The notes under the pieces were generated by a model. It was not told the origin of the DNA. It worked only from the letters and a program-made list of their open reading frames with translations, and did no database searches. Positions 24,478 through 36,311 of a DNA stretch of 64,000 nt are shown here, piece by piece. Source of the DNA: Fistulifera solaris. Lineage: Eukaryota. The position numbers and the translations under genes were made by a program. The stretch is taken from contig AP026164.1 of the NCBI GenBank assembly GCA_030295235.1, positions 1 to 64,000 on the forward strand, given 5' to 3'. The number at the start of each line of letters is the position of its first letter. Within the stretch, counting starts at the first letter, position 1.

Positions 24478-25461
24478 GGTGAGGCGTTCGATGTATCCTT
24501 CCGCTTTCGCCAAAAGGCGGGAGGAATGCGCTTATCGCTTCCGTGTCGCTGTCAGGTTGCGAGCTTGCATCGGAAAGGCTGTTGTATCAACTGTGTTGGA
24601 AAGGCCTCCACGAGAGCGGAACATGGGTTGATCGCAAGGTTCGAATGTATGTAACTGCGTGTCGCCATCGAAATCGACGTGTTCGTAGCTCTTTGAATTG
24701 TCAAGAATGTTCAAAGGATTGCACAATGAGCAGTCTGGTGATAGCTATCCGCTATTTGAAACTTGTATTTCAATGAATGGGAACGGTGAACGACAGAGCA
24801 ACCATTGGGGATACGGTACCAGTATCCTTGGTGCACGCGAGTGTCGTGAAATACTGCCCCTCAGTTTGAGTGGAAGAAGATTGTGGTTGCGAGAGGGACT
24901 CTGGCGGTCGAGATGGACTTTTCGTTGCAGATGTTTGTCGAGTGATCAAAGTTAGCTGTCAAGTGAAAGTGGTCTTACTTCGCGGCGGACATGTGATGTC
25001 GATTCCGAGATTTTCCAAAGGGAGTTATCAGCTTGTTGATGAATGGCATGTCGAAGCTTGTTGTGCTGATCGATTAAGATGCATTTGACTGGATTGACTT
25101 GTCTTTGAATTTCTGTGATCAAAATTTGCTTGGTTTTGATTGGAGCCCGGTTGCAATGCGTTAGCATAGTAGAGAAAGTAATACTATAAAAGGACAAGTT
25201 GAAAAGGACATCAATTTATAAAGCAACAGATCACGGATTGTAAGTTTGCAATCACTGGAAATGGTTTGCCGCTGGCATTTGGATTCCAGGATGGTCGACT
25301 TCAAACTGATTTCGATGTGTCGACAATTTCTTTTCTACCCCATTATATCAGCTCGAGACAGCCATACAGACCTTTTCGGAAGGAAGCTCAACGTCCAAAC
25401 ACTGTGAATACATCCCGTGTTCCTGAAACAGTCTGGGATCTCGATCTGGGTCATAGAATCC
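24478..25461. repeat. ~980 bp direct repeat, copy 1
   Basis: gtgaggcgttcgatgtat…tcgatctgggtcatagaatcc recurs at ~31171-32157. A ~95-bp internal piece recurs a third time at 25462-25557. Confidence 0.9.
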
Positions 25462-25559
25462 AGTGTCGTGAAATACTGCCTCTCAGTTTGAGTGGAAGAG
25501 GATTATGGTTGCAAGAGGGACTCTGGCGGTCGAGATGGACTTTTCGTTGCAGATGTTCA

Positions 25560-25910
25560 AGAAATGCTGCAATCGGTGATTTGGGTCAAACAAAGAATCT
25601 GTGATAGTTCTAGAAATTTTGGAATTCGTGTTTGGGTCAAACGAAGTTTCTTTGGTCGTTCCAGAGACTCTGGAAAGTGTGTTTTGTATGAAACAGAGAT
25701 TCTGTGCTTTTCCAGAAATTCTGGATTAAGTGATTTTGGTCAAACAGAGATTCTGTGGATCTTCCAGAAATTCTGGAGCCGGTGTTGTGGGCCCAACAGA
25801 CATGAATATCTAAACTCTAAACGGTAGAAACAGAGATGAATAATCGGTGATTGGGTCAAACAGAAATTATGTGGAATGGTAGTTCAGTAATTCTGGAAAA
25901 TGTGCTTTGT
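25560..25910. repeat. Degenerate ~52-bp tandem array with palindromic cores (about 5-7 units)
   Basis: Units resemble aaacagagattctgtgg…ttccagaaattctggaa…tgggtc. Confidence 0.85.
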
Positions 25911-26379
25911 TAGAAAGGCGCCTTTCGGCGTCTGCCCATCGCTCGCTTTGCTCGCGAGCGAATAATATACGGAGTATAACCCAAAATTGTCACGGAAATG
26001 CGGATAGCGGGCAGACTACTAGGGACTCAGCCAATTTAGCTGCACGACCTAATGCAAACTCCGATCACCAACTCGGAAGCACCCGGGGCGAAACCTCATG
26101 GGAGTGGCCCAAGGGTCTTTGCACGATTTGGATTGATCGTGAAGGCGTGAAAGGTTTGCAAGCAACGCGATACAAGAATGTGAGAGCCACATACATGAGA
26201 TCAGAACGTCAAGATAAAACAAGACCTAGTCCGATGGCAAGTGACATTCTCGGCGGAATCATCACCCAGTGAGATTCCACTTTCTTCATTTGTCGGATTT
26301 GTAAAGGCTTTATAAATTTGTTGTTTGGAAAACTTTGACTGTTTATCGTCTTAGCTCTACCAGATACTTCCTCTTCTGT

Positions 26380-27758
26380 TGTTCGCGAAACGTGGCGACT
26401 TGGTTGACAGAAAATACTTCCAATTTCTGTCCGTCGATACGTGAGGCATTTAGTCCGTACCTGGTATTTATTAAGGTAGAAGTAAACACCCGGTACGTAA
26501 AACTCAAAATGATAAATCGGCGCATTAAGGAAGATACCACTGAAGCACCGCGTCAGTGGCGACACTTCACGCTCGAAGAGAGCGACAGCGACAAGAATGC
26601 TGCAGGAGCAGGGGCTTTTGCTGAGCCTGGGGTTCCTAGCATGGGCTTTTCAATTCCGTCATTGAATCCAGCTCCTTTGCCGCGGCGATGGGCTTCTCGT
26701 TTGCTGTCCCTGCAAAGCGCCTTCTAACGACAGCAAAAACCTTTGTTTTTGGGGCTGCACCTGCTGCCTCCACGGCACAGTTCACTGGTAGTGCTTTCGG
26801 AGATCCTTCCGCATCAACACCCTCAGTCTCTGGGGAGGAAGTGGAGCGCTTGGAGAATCCACGAAAAGAAGATTTATTCAATATACACAAGGACATTGTT
26901 AGCACGACTGATGTTCATGAAAAAGAACGATTGATTTACAAGGCGATGCGCAACATTGGAAAATTCAAAAAGACATTTATGATGCCACGAAAAATACTTC
27001 TTCGGTGGCTTCTGAAACTACTGCAGCTCCCTCTTCCGGGACGTCAGCAACAGCTCCTATGGCTGCGCATACAATTGCTACAAGTAGCTCAGCCACATCG
27101 AGCTGTAGATTCTCTTTGGTGCTGCCGCTGGCTCGGCTGCAACATCCACCTCTGACTCCTTCCTCGAGTGCTGGATTCTCGTTTGGTGCGGCCAGCGACC
27201 CCGCTGCATCCTTTACCACTCCTTTCTCGAGCGGTGGATTCTCTTTTGGTGCTGCCGCGGTGCCGGCTGCATCATCCTCTGCACAAACTTCACCCGTCGA
27301 TAACACAACCGCTCCTGCGAAGGATCCAGCTCCCAACCACGGCCGAACCCAGCAATGAAAACTTCGACGGCCCATGCAGTAGCACTCATACAGCAAATTG
27401 CGGATCCAGATTGGGATGATATTGGAAGCTTTGAACCTGTCACGATTTATCGTAGCGAAAATGGAACATGGACGCCTTTGCAACAGAAAACAAAACTCCG
27501 ATTACAAACATCCAAGACCGATTCGGGTTGTCATCGTATGGTTGCTCAAAATATGATGGGAATAGTGGCCATAAATATGCGCATACAGTCGGGAATGTAA
27601 TTTATATTTGCGGAAAAACCCGGCAAGCGGGGACCTGTGGGGACAATTGTCTTTGGAGGGATTAATGATGCTGTGAAAGGTCGGCGTTCATGATCAAAGC
27701 TAAAGCTGATGTTGCAAAACAATTGCAGAAGCAGTTAGATAAATTGTCCCGTAAATGA
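26380..27758 (+). pseudogene. Degraded Nup50/Nup2-like nucleoporin (FG repeats + C-terminal Ran-binding domain)
   Basis: FG-type motifs GFSFGA (x2), TFVFGA, MGFSF and SAFG. RanBD-like W…KLRLQ…HRMVAQNMMGIVAINMRI…KPGKRG…AKQLQKQLDKL. In-frame TAA at 27598-27600 plus several frameshifts. Confidence 0.7.
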
Positions 27759-28389
27759 GCTTCTGTTGTGATGTAAGGAGGCCTTCGATCGTAATACATT
27801 CTCCTCGTGACTTGCACACTTTGTTACCGGTATGATAAGACGCTTGTACATTACATGATAACTTTTCGATCGTAATCATTGCTAATATATAATACCTGGT
27901 AGTATTTTGGCTTGCCATTGTGCCTGTATCGTTTCTGCTTTTTTTGGCATTTTGTTGTTGCGTTGTTGCCGTTGTCGTGCCAAGTCTCAAATGTAGATAT
28001 AAAAGTTGCTATCGTGTATTGCAAACGGCTGCCACATCGTCCGTGCGATGATACCATTTACTTGTACCTAGTACTTTCTCCTTGTAGCTGAACGTGTCGT
28101 TCTTGGATTCGTCGTATGCTCGTAAGGTAGGGATCCGAGCGATCCCTGTAGTAGTTCGGGTTTCTCTATCTTTTCTGCGGACGAGCAAAATCTGCTTTCA
28201 AAAGTTATTATATCTCCAAGAACATGCTTTGGACGAAAAAATCAATCTTTACATCAATCAATCTTTAACTCCTGTTTAAAATGTCGATCACAATCTCGAC
28301 CTCAAAAATCTATAGTAAATATGCAAATTGGGACGGAGCCCGATATTAAAAGCCCAACTTCCCTCGCAAAACTGGACATCTCCCTAAGG

Positions 28390-28790
28390 AACACCACATT
28401 CTTATCGTCACGTCGCGACACATACATATTCCGGCCGAATCATATAAACGACGTCGACCCATATACATTCTATTCACGGCTTCAAGTACGAACTGTCCGC
28501 GGCAATACCGCCAGCGACGCAATTCTCTTCGAGTTTCAAGAAGAAGCACCGATTGGATACGAAAACCTGCGTTTAGTCGAAGCTGAAAGACAAACAATAC
28601 CAACAATTAATTATCCGCTCTTCTCCTCAGCTCAAGAATTCGAACACGATATTCTTGATAAAGATATCGAGAAAACGACTTGGTTGATGATCATTGCAAG
28701 ACGATTCTCTTGTTTTTTTGTTGTTATCGTTCAGAGGAACAAAAAGTAACCACCCCATTTTTTTTGAAAAATTTGATAAAAAACTCCGCA
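28390..28790 (+). mobile_element. Probable degraded Helitron RepHel fragment
   Basis: YIFRPNHINDVDPYTFYSR…FEFQEEAP…IPTIN… then, after a frameshift, DDHCKTILLFFCCYR. This resembles the Y..RP..LE….EF / F…HP / IP / YAK..LLLF.PFR series between the Helitron Rep and helicase domains (judged by eye). Confidence 0.5.
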
Positions 28791-29869
28791 CAAATTATTA
28801 GGCATTTTTGCTACATTTTAAATTTAGTGTAACAGTACCACTTGGACACTCTCCTGTCACAGTCGCAAATAAATGAAGTTTCCAGTAAGCCCTAGCATCG
28901 CTATAGTGCCAGAAAGTACTTCTACGACATGGGATTCACCGAGGCTGAAACCCGGAAGATACAACGTATGCTACACGTCACATCACTTTTCCGCCTCACA
29001 AAAAGGCGCAGCCCACAATCATGTCAACGTGACTGCAGATTGCAGCTGATCGAAAACTCGCGCGAAACGACGTACGCAAAAAGAGAAAAATGATTCGCAT
29101 TCCGATGTCGTCGTCGAAACAAGCAAAAAAATTGTAACAAGGCGCTCAATGAAATTTAAAGACTGGGTTCGAATGAACTAAGTCAACATGTTTGATAAAG
29201 ACAGTGATCGGCAGAAGTGATAAGCTGAAAGCCAAAAGTCGATAAAGTTTGAAAGACCCAACTTGGTTGTGATGGGCAACATTCGAACAAATGAGCAGTC
29301 AGAGAAGCAAAGCCTTTATGCTTTCCGTCTAGACTGACTCGAAACTGAAAAAGCGCCATTTGGGTCGAAACTGGACTCGATACCACAATAGTTCTTACGA
29401 AGGAAAAACAGCGACGAAGTTTCCAGAGTCAAAGGAAACGTGAATAGTCGATTCCTTACCATGAATTGGTGATTCAAATCAATCGAAGCTGAATTGCGTA
29501 ATAGCGACGTGCAAAGACGCAGGAAGTCGTCAGGCATAGCACAGAGTTGCTGAGAATCAATTTCTCTCGAAACGTAACAAATGACCAAAAGTCAAGCCAC
29601 ACTTAAAGAATGGCAAAGCAATGATATACTCTTGCCGAAGCAATCTGATGGCGATATAAAAGAGAAAAAAAATGCCGCAGGTGCAAACGAAAGTATGTTT
29701 AGCAAGGGGGCGAAACTGCTAAGGTATAACAGGCACATAGTGCGACTAAATTTAATACAAGAGCTATTGCTCAAATTTTTTACAAAGAAAATCCCACAGT
29801 GGTAAATGTAAGGTGAATATGACAGTTAACGCGCTCAAATGCAGGTGCAAAGAACAGCATGAGCAACTA

Positions 29870-30665
29870 TAGCTGTGGAACTTCCAGAATTTCTGGAAAC
29901 GTTGTTGTGGTTCAAACAGAGATTCTGTAGTAGTTCCAGAAATTCTGTAATCGGTAATTTTGGCAATACAAAAGTCTTTGGGGGTTCCAGAAAATCTGGA
30001 ATACATGGTTGGGGTCAACAGAGACTCCATAGTAGTTCCTGAAAGTCTGAAATTGTTGTATTGGGCAAATGAAAGTCCATGGGCTTTCCAAAAATTTAGG
30101 AGGCAGTGGTTCCGGTCAAACAGAGGTTATGTGGTCATTCCAGAAAATCTGGAATTGGTGTTATGGCTCAAACAGAGATTCTGTGGTCATTCCAGAATTT
30201 CTGGAATCGGTTTTATGGGTCAAACAGAAATTCTTTTATTGTGCAAGAAATTCTGGAAGATGAATCGAAGCTTTTGAAACAAACAGAGATGAGTCGGTGG
30301 TCGTTCCAGAAATTCTTAAAAGCGTATTTTGAAACAAACAGAGATTCTGTAGGTGTTCCAGAAAATTTGTAATACGTGGTTTGGGTCAACAGAGATTACC
30401 ATAGTAGTTCCAGAAAGTCCGGAATTGTTGTATTGGGTCAAACGAAAATCTATGGTCCTTCCAAAAATTCTGGAATCGAAGCTTTGGAAACAAATAGAAA
30501 TTTTGGAATCGGTGTTATGGGTCAAATAGAGATTCTGTGCACTTTCCAGAAATTCTGGAATCGAAGCTTTTGAAACAAACAGAGATTTGGTGGTCGTTCC
30601 AGAATTTCTGGAAAGAGTGCTTTGTAAGAAACAGAGATTCTGTAGTAGTTCGAGAAAATCTGTAA
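29870..30665. repeat. Degenerate ~52-bp tandem array with palindromic cores (about 15 units)
   Basis: Consensus approximately aaacagagattctgtggtcattccagaaattctggaatcggtgttatgggtc. Confidence 0.92.
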
Positions 30666-31170
30666 TTTTTATACTCCGTACTTCGGAACAAATAGAGTCA
30701 TTATTGCGTGCGATGTGCGATGTTGGAGATTGACGGAACGGAGAAAGAATGAATGAAGATCATCGAATAATCGAATGTCGCCGCGCGTACGTTTGCGCAT
30801 CTGTCCGCGAACGGCGACGACTCGTGTCTGAGACTGACGAGACTGCTTCGATGCGCCGACGACCATGATGCTGAACGCTGAACCGCCGTTAAAAATACGC
30901 AACCCGATCATCGAAATGCGAAAGGCGCAAGACACAATACAACTTTTAAGATTGGATCTACATCAGCAAGTACTGGTAGGACTATGTTTTTAAGTGGCCG
31001 AAGTAGCGGTGGAAGGTAGAAGGCAGTCCAAAATTTTTTGTCGAGTCCTCCAATCATAAAATACTTGGAGATGGCATCCAGCGGTTGAGGTGTGGTGTTG
31101 TGAAACCGGATGCGGCAAGTTGATGTTGGACTTGTTGCCTGCAAATAATGTTGTTGATAACAATATAACA

Positions 31171-32157
31171 GGTGAGGCGTTCGATGTATACTTTCGCTTT
31201 CGTCAAAAAGCTGGAGGAATGTTTTCATTGCTACCTTGTCGCTGTCAGGTTGCGAGATTGCATCGGTAAGGCTGTTGTATCATCTGTGCTGGAAAGGCCT
31301 GAAAGAGAGCGGAACATGGGTTGATCGCAAGGTTTGATTGTCTGTAACTGCGTATTGCCATCGAAATCGTCGTGTTCGTAGCTCTTTGAATCGATGAGAA
31401 TGTTCAAAGCATTGCACAATGAGCAGTCTGGTGATAGCTTTCCGCTGTTTGAAACTCGAATTCCAATAAACGGGAACAGTGAACGACGGAGCAACCATTG
31501 GGGATACGGTATCAATATCCTTGGTGCAAGCGAGAGTGTCGTGAAATACTGCCTTTCAGTTTGAGTAGAAGAGGATTGTGGTTGCGAGAGGGACTCTGGC
31601 GGTCGAGATGGACTTTTACCGTTGCAGATGTTTGTTGAGTGATATCAAAGATAGCTGTCAGGTGAAAGTGGTTTTTACTTGCGGCGAAGTGTGATGTCAA
31701 TTTCCGAGATTTCCCAAAGGGAGTTATCAGCTCGGTGATGAATGTCATGTCGAAGCTTGTTAAGCTGATCGATTAAGATGCATTTGACTGGATTGACTTG
31801 TCTTTGAATCTCTGTGATCAATTTTGCTTGGTTTTGATTGGAGCCCGGTTGCAATGCGTTAGCATAGTAGAGAAAGTAATACTATAAAAGGACAAGTTGA
31901 AAAGGACATCAATTTATAAAGCAACAGATCACGGATTGTAAGTTTGCAATCACTGGAAACGGTATGCTGCTGGCATTTGGATTCCAGGATGGTCGACTTC
32001 AAACTTATTTCGATGTGTCGACAATTTCTTTTCTACCCCATTATATCAGCTCGAGACAGCCATACAGACCTTTTGAAGGAAGCTCAACGTCCAAACACTG
32101 TGAATACATCCCGTGTTCCTGAAACAGTCTGGGATCTCGATCTGGGTCATAGAATCC
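31171..32157. repeat. ~980 bp direct repeat, copy 2
   Basis: Matches 24478-25461. The right-hand ~400 bp is nearly identical; the left part is visibly diverged. Confidence 0.9.
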
Positions 32158-32308
32158 TTCGTCCTCTGGATCACAATAGAATTTAAAGGGGATGAACATA
32201 GCGCGATGACAATGTGGGCAACCGAGTCGTATCTCGCGATCAAGGTAATTTGGGTTGCGAACATATTCAATGGTGGCCTCAGTCCTTTCTCTTGGTTTTC
32301 TGCCAGCT

Positions 32309-33541
32309 CTATGCGGGATCGCCCGGTTCATTATACCCATCTAAGCTAGCTTCCTCTACATCTTGGAAGGGTTCAATTACTGTATCTTCAACATCCACAT
32401 TTCCCGTGAAATTGCGTTCTCGCTCCATTTCAGCAATCAGTTCGTCTTCGGAAACTTCTTCTACTTCACTTTCGAAGTACATTAGCATTATCTCATGGGC
32501 CTTTTTGGAAATAATGTCATTGCAAGAAGTCATTTGGAGTCTCTTCATTTTACTCAGACCTTGAGCTGCGATCAGAATGCGTCGAGGTTCTTCGTCACCA
32601 ACCATCAAAACTTTCTCCAAGGAATCGAGGGTCATCATCACAACCTGATCATCAGCAACTGTCAACAGATCGCATAGCGGCATGCAGCCCTCGTTCACAA
32701 TAAACAAGATCTGTTGCTGGTTTCCTCCACCAATGGCGTTGGAGATGGCATAAGCGGCTTGTTTGCGTTCCCCAAACTTCGGCACTGCTGAGAAGCTGAA
32801 TCAGCGGAAAGATGATGTCGCGAATCAATAACAGCTTGAATTTGTTGCACAGTCCCCGCTGTAATGTTCGAGATAGCAGTGCATGATGTCTTGCGGATAT
32901 CCGAATGAGGATTCGAGAGAAGACCCAATAGACAAGGGAGAGCGTTACTATCGACAACATACTGCGTTTGTAAATCATTGCCGCTAGTAAGGCCTGCGAT
33001 AGTCAAAAGTGCCGGGGCCTGAACATCCACGCTAAAGACGGGCAAGAGTGAGACAAAAAACAGCGACAGCTGGTATTTCGCGAACTTGGCGTGACCAGAA
33101 AGTACTTACAAGGTATGACGAGCGAGGGCAAGCAGCTGGGAAATGATTCCGGCATCGACAACTGCTTGCTTATATTCCTCAGGAGCGCTAGCCACGATGT
33201 AATTGAGCGTCCAACAAGCATCAGTCATAATTACTGGATCCCCATTGTGGATTAGTTGTATCAAGTAAGGCAGTACAAGACGAACCAACTCGAAGGCTAT
33301 GTGGGGCTTCCTGTCACAGAACGCAGACAAAGTCAGGGTAGCCTTCGCGAACCATGCGCAAGGTAGACTTCTCATGGATCTGTGAGAGTACTGCTTGCAT
33401 AGCACCCGCCTGCAAGACCAAATTGCGACCCTCAATGGATTCGTCTGCGATCTCACCGAGAGCCACGACGGCGATTTCACGAACATGGTCGTCATCACTC
33501 GCCAAATTGCGGATGTACTGTTGAATCTCTTGATGCGACAT
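32309..33541 (-). pseudogene. Truncated, divergent importin-alpha-like gene, copy B (intron 33032-33109; several frameshifts)
   Basis: Same ARM motifs as copy A, with near-identical exon 1 translation. Different C-terminal tail (…EEASLDGYNEPGDPA). Confidence 0.85.
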
Positions 33542-33718
33542 TGAAAAATAATATATTTGATGCAATCAGAAGGCTAGTCAGAAGCTCTTTGATTTGGTAA
33601 GAAATAAGCTCGCGGTGGATGCATTGCATTCTCGCGAAATGGGGATGGAAAGAAAAAAAAACATGCAATGATGTTTTTGTGTACCAGGTAATAATAAGGT
33701 CTTGTCCCGTGTCCCGTG
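32385..33718 (-). repeat. Right arm of a ~1.33 kb inverted repeat
   Basis: Reverse complement of 20760-22089. Confidence 0.92.
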
Positions 33719-34009
33719 TGCGTGTGAGCTGTCGTTAATTGATCAGTGCCGAATTTTCCTCCTATCAAAATTGCTAAATCAGATTTTCTGCTTTACCATA
33801 CCAAATGGATTTTCACAGACTTTCCGTCTGATTCAAAACGCTGGTTGCTTCAACTCACGACTGGGTTTTAGTCAAAGACTTACAGATACTGGTACTGATG
33901 GTACTCCTTCATACTCCGTATGGTATTTTCCCAGCCGCGACGATCGATTCTGTTACGGAGTACCTTGATTCGATGATTCATAAATTACTAGCCTCTTGCA
34001 AAGCGCACA

Positions 34010-34896
34010 ATGAAGCCAGTTTCAACATTAACAACCATACTAATTCTCCTTCATTTGAATGTAGAGAAAGCGGCCGGCAATTCACTTTTCATGGGATTAG
34101 TTGGGAGTGATTTCGTTCTTCTCGCTGCTGATACATTTGTCACTCAATCCTGGCAGATTCAAACAGTACAAGATCCCATTCGAGTGCATCGTAACATGGC
34201 TTTTGTCAGCTCGAGTCAGCGCTTATTGAATATTGTTGAAACGCATGCGATCGCAGAGGAATACAATCAACTAGACTCGGTCGGATCCGATGTAACAATT
34301 GTGAAGGCAACAACCGGTCTCATTCAGCAGAAAACGCCTCCTTCCTTGCAAGTTAAAGGAATGGCGCAGTTTCTTCGACAATGTTTAATGCAACAAGATG
34401 CTGAAACAGGTTGTTTAGTCGCAGGAATGATGGAACGCAATCAATACGACGAAAGCATAGACGATGACGACCCCTTCGCGGGTCACGTTGTACAATCGCA
34501 ACTGTCACAAGTGTTGACGACTGCGGATCGCCTACTTCCTCCTTTGCCAGATGCATCTCTTGCTACTAGTTACCAAGCTGTCGCCGTAGACAACATGAAG
34601 GAACCTCTCTACCAGCCATGTTTATATTGGCTAGACGCGCACGGTTCTCTGTTGACTGTTCGTTACGCAGCAATAGGCTACGCGAGTTCCTGGATGTGGG
34701 CTTGGATCGATCAAAAATACCGTCCAGATATGACGTTGACTGAGGCAATCTCGCTTCTCACTGAAGGTTGGAGGACGTTACAAGCGTCACGATCCTTTTG
34801 CAATCCAAACTTTGTTTAAAATACATGGATGCAGACGGAAACTGGCATGTCGTTGATGAGGAGAGTGTTGGGGGCGCGCTTACCAATTGCTACTGA
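34010..34896 (+). CDS. Divergent 20S proteasome beta subunit (PSMB2/Pre1-like) with N-terminal signal peptide (frameshift near 34816)
   Basis: MGLVGSDFVLLAADT, CLVAG, LYWLDAHGSL…YAAIGYAS…IDQKYRPDMTLTEAISLL; shifted frame ends F.LKYMDADG. Confidence 0.75.
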
Positions 34897-36311
34897 TGGT
34901 CATTACAAACGAAAGCGCGCCAATTGTTTATGCGAGGCAACAACTGCGCGCGCTTTCTCGTTTGGTTTGCGATCGCCAAATATGAATCGATAAGACTTGT
35001 GTTCAAAGGACGACCAGAGTCATTCGGATCTATTCCTTCCACTAAAGAAATTAAGCGATGTCGAGTCGGAAAGAATGCATTCTTAGAATTTGGAACGTCT
35101 TGATGCTAATACGTTTACAATCGAAGGCCATAGGCCATAGTCAGCTACCGCTTTAAAATTTCAAATGCGCTAATAATGACGTTTGGAAAAAATACGTTTC
35201 AAGTAGAAGAGATAGCATAGACTGTTGAAATTTGAAACTCTACGGTGCATTGATATTAGAGCTCTGACACAGAACAGCATTGTGTCGGGGGCTTCGAGAG
35301 AAAGCCAAGTCGTAAATCGCTCCATATGGTAATCTGTTACGAGGATTCAGGTCTCGAGTGGTTTTTGTTGGTTAACAATCATGGGCACATTGTTCCCGAG
35401 AATTCACATCAGCAGATAACTTGGCACCCTTCTGTATGATCAAAGGGGGTGCTCTAGTCTAACTGTGAGAGTCGTTATCCCCTATCCCCGGTTACGTTAG
35501 GGTGGAAACCCGTTGTTGTGGTCTTCAAGCTAACTTTCATCTTTAGCAACATTGGCATTCCGCATTAACTAAACAAGCCTTGACATTGACAACTAGACAA
35601 CGGACTACGGAGTAACTTGACATGCCGCCCTCGGAGGATCATCATCTCAGAATCAAGCATCGAACAAGAAAAAAGTGAGAAACGCTTAACGCAAAACCGT
35701 AAGCGACTGAATTGTACAGTCTGCCCTATTCTCCTGTTGAACTTGTGCCCGGTCAAGAGTCAAAAGCCTAATCACGACTACTAGTCGTGATCGTTTATAT
35801 CTTTCACAGATGAGCCTCTAGGTAAAAACTGTGCGTGTACTTTTACGGTCACATTGTCGCGCGTTCGGATCGGATTCCGGAGTGAAAGTGAAAGTGAATG
35901 GTTAATTCGGCCGTTACAGAGATATTACAATCCAGAACGACTGCGACACGAACCGTGTCAGAAACTGGCACTCGTGCACATTGCCTCCCATAGTAAATGC
36001 GGACAATTCTTTTAGTGATTAACATAAATCAGTAGTCTTCGGCTCACCATCATTTCATTCGTTGTCTTCCTACACTTTTCTTAAGAGTAAAACGTAAAAC
36101 GCCCCCGTCGAAGTCGTCGAAGGCGAGTTTCTCTCTTTCGCTCTTACATCGCAAATCATCTCCAATAGCAGGAAAACGGCCGCAAATCTCTCGAACGCCC
36201 AAAAAAACGGGTCTCGGTGGCGAGCAGCAGTCTTTTAAAAAATCGCAAGATTGCACAAAAATAATTTCCTTTTCTTATTTGATTGCACACTTGAATCACT
36301 AAACGAAAGCC

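Noticed and set aside
25907..26272. WW domain (GETSWEWP)
   Set aside because: The first Trp and the aromatic YY core are missing.
29870..30665. CRISPR array
   Set aside because: Sequences between the palindromes are homologous to each other rather than unique spacers. No cas genes, eukaryotic context.
29870..30665. Heat-shock element array (TTCnnGAA)
   Set aside because: GAA and TTC are separated by one base rather than two, breaking nGAAn phasing.
20740..33740. Inverted repeats as transposon TIRs with a TSD
   Set aside because: No target-site duplication is visible, and the arms consist of gene plus upstream sequence with ragged ends.
35423..35458. Hairpin followed by CTAGT as a Helitron 3' end
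   Set aside because: The stem is imperfect, the spacing to CTAG is atypical, and no matching 5' end can be identified.
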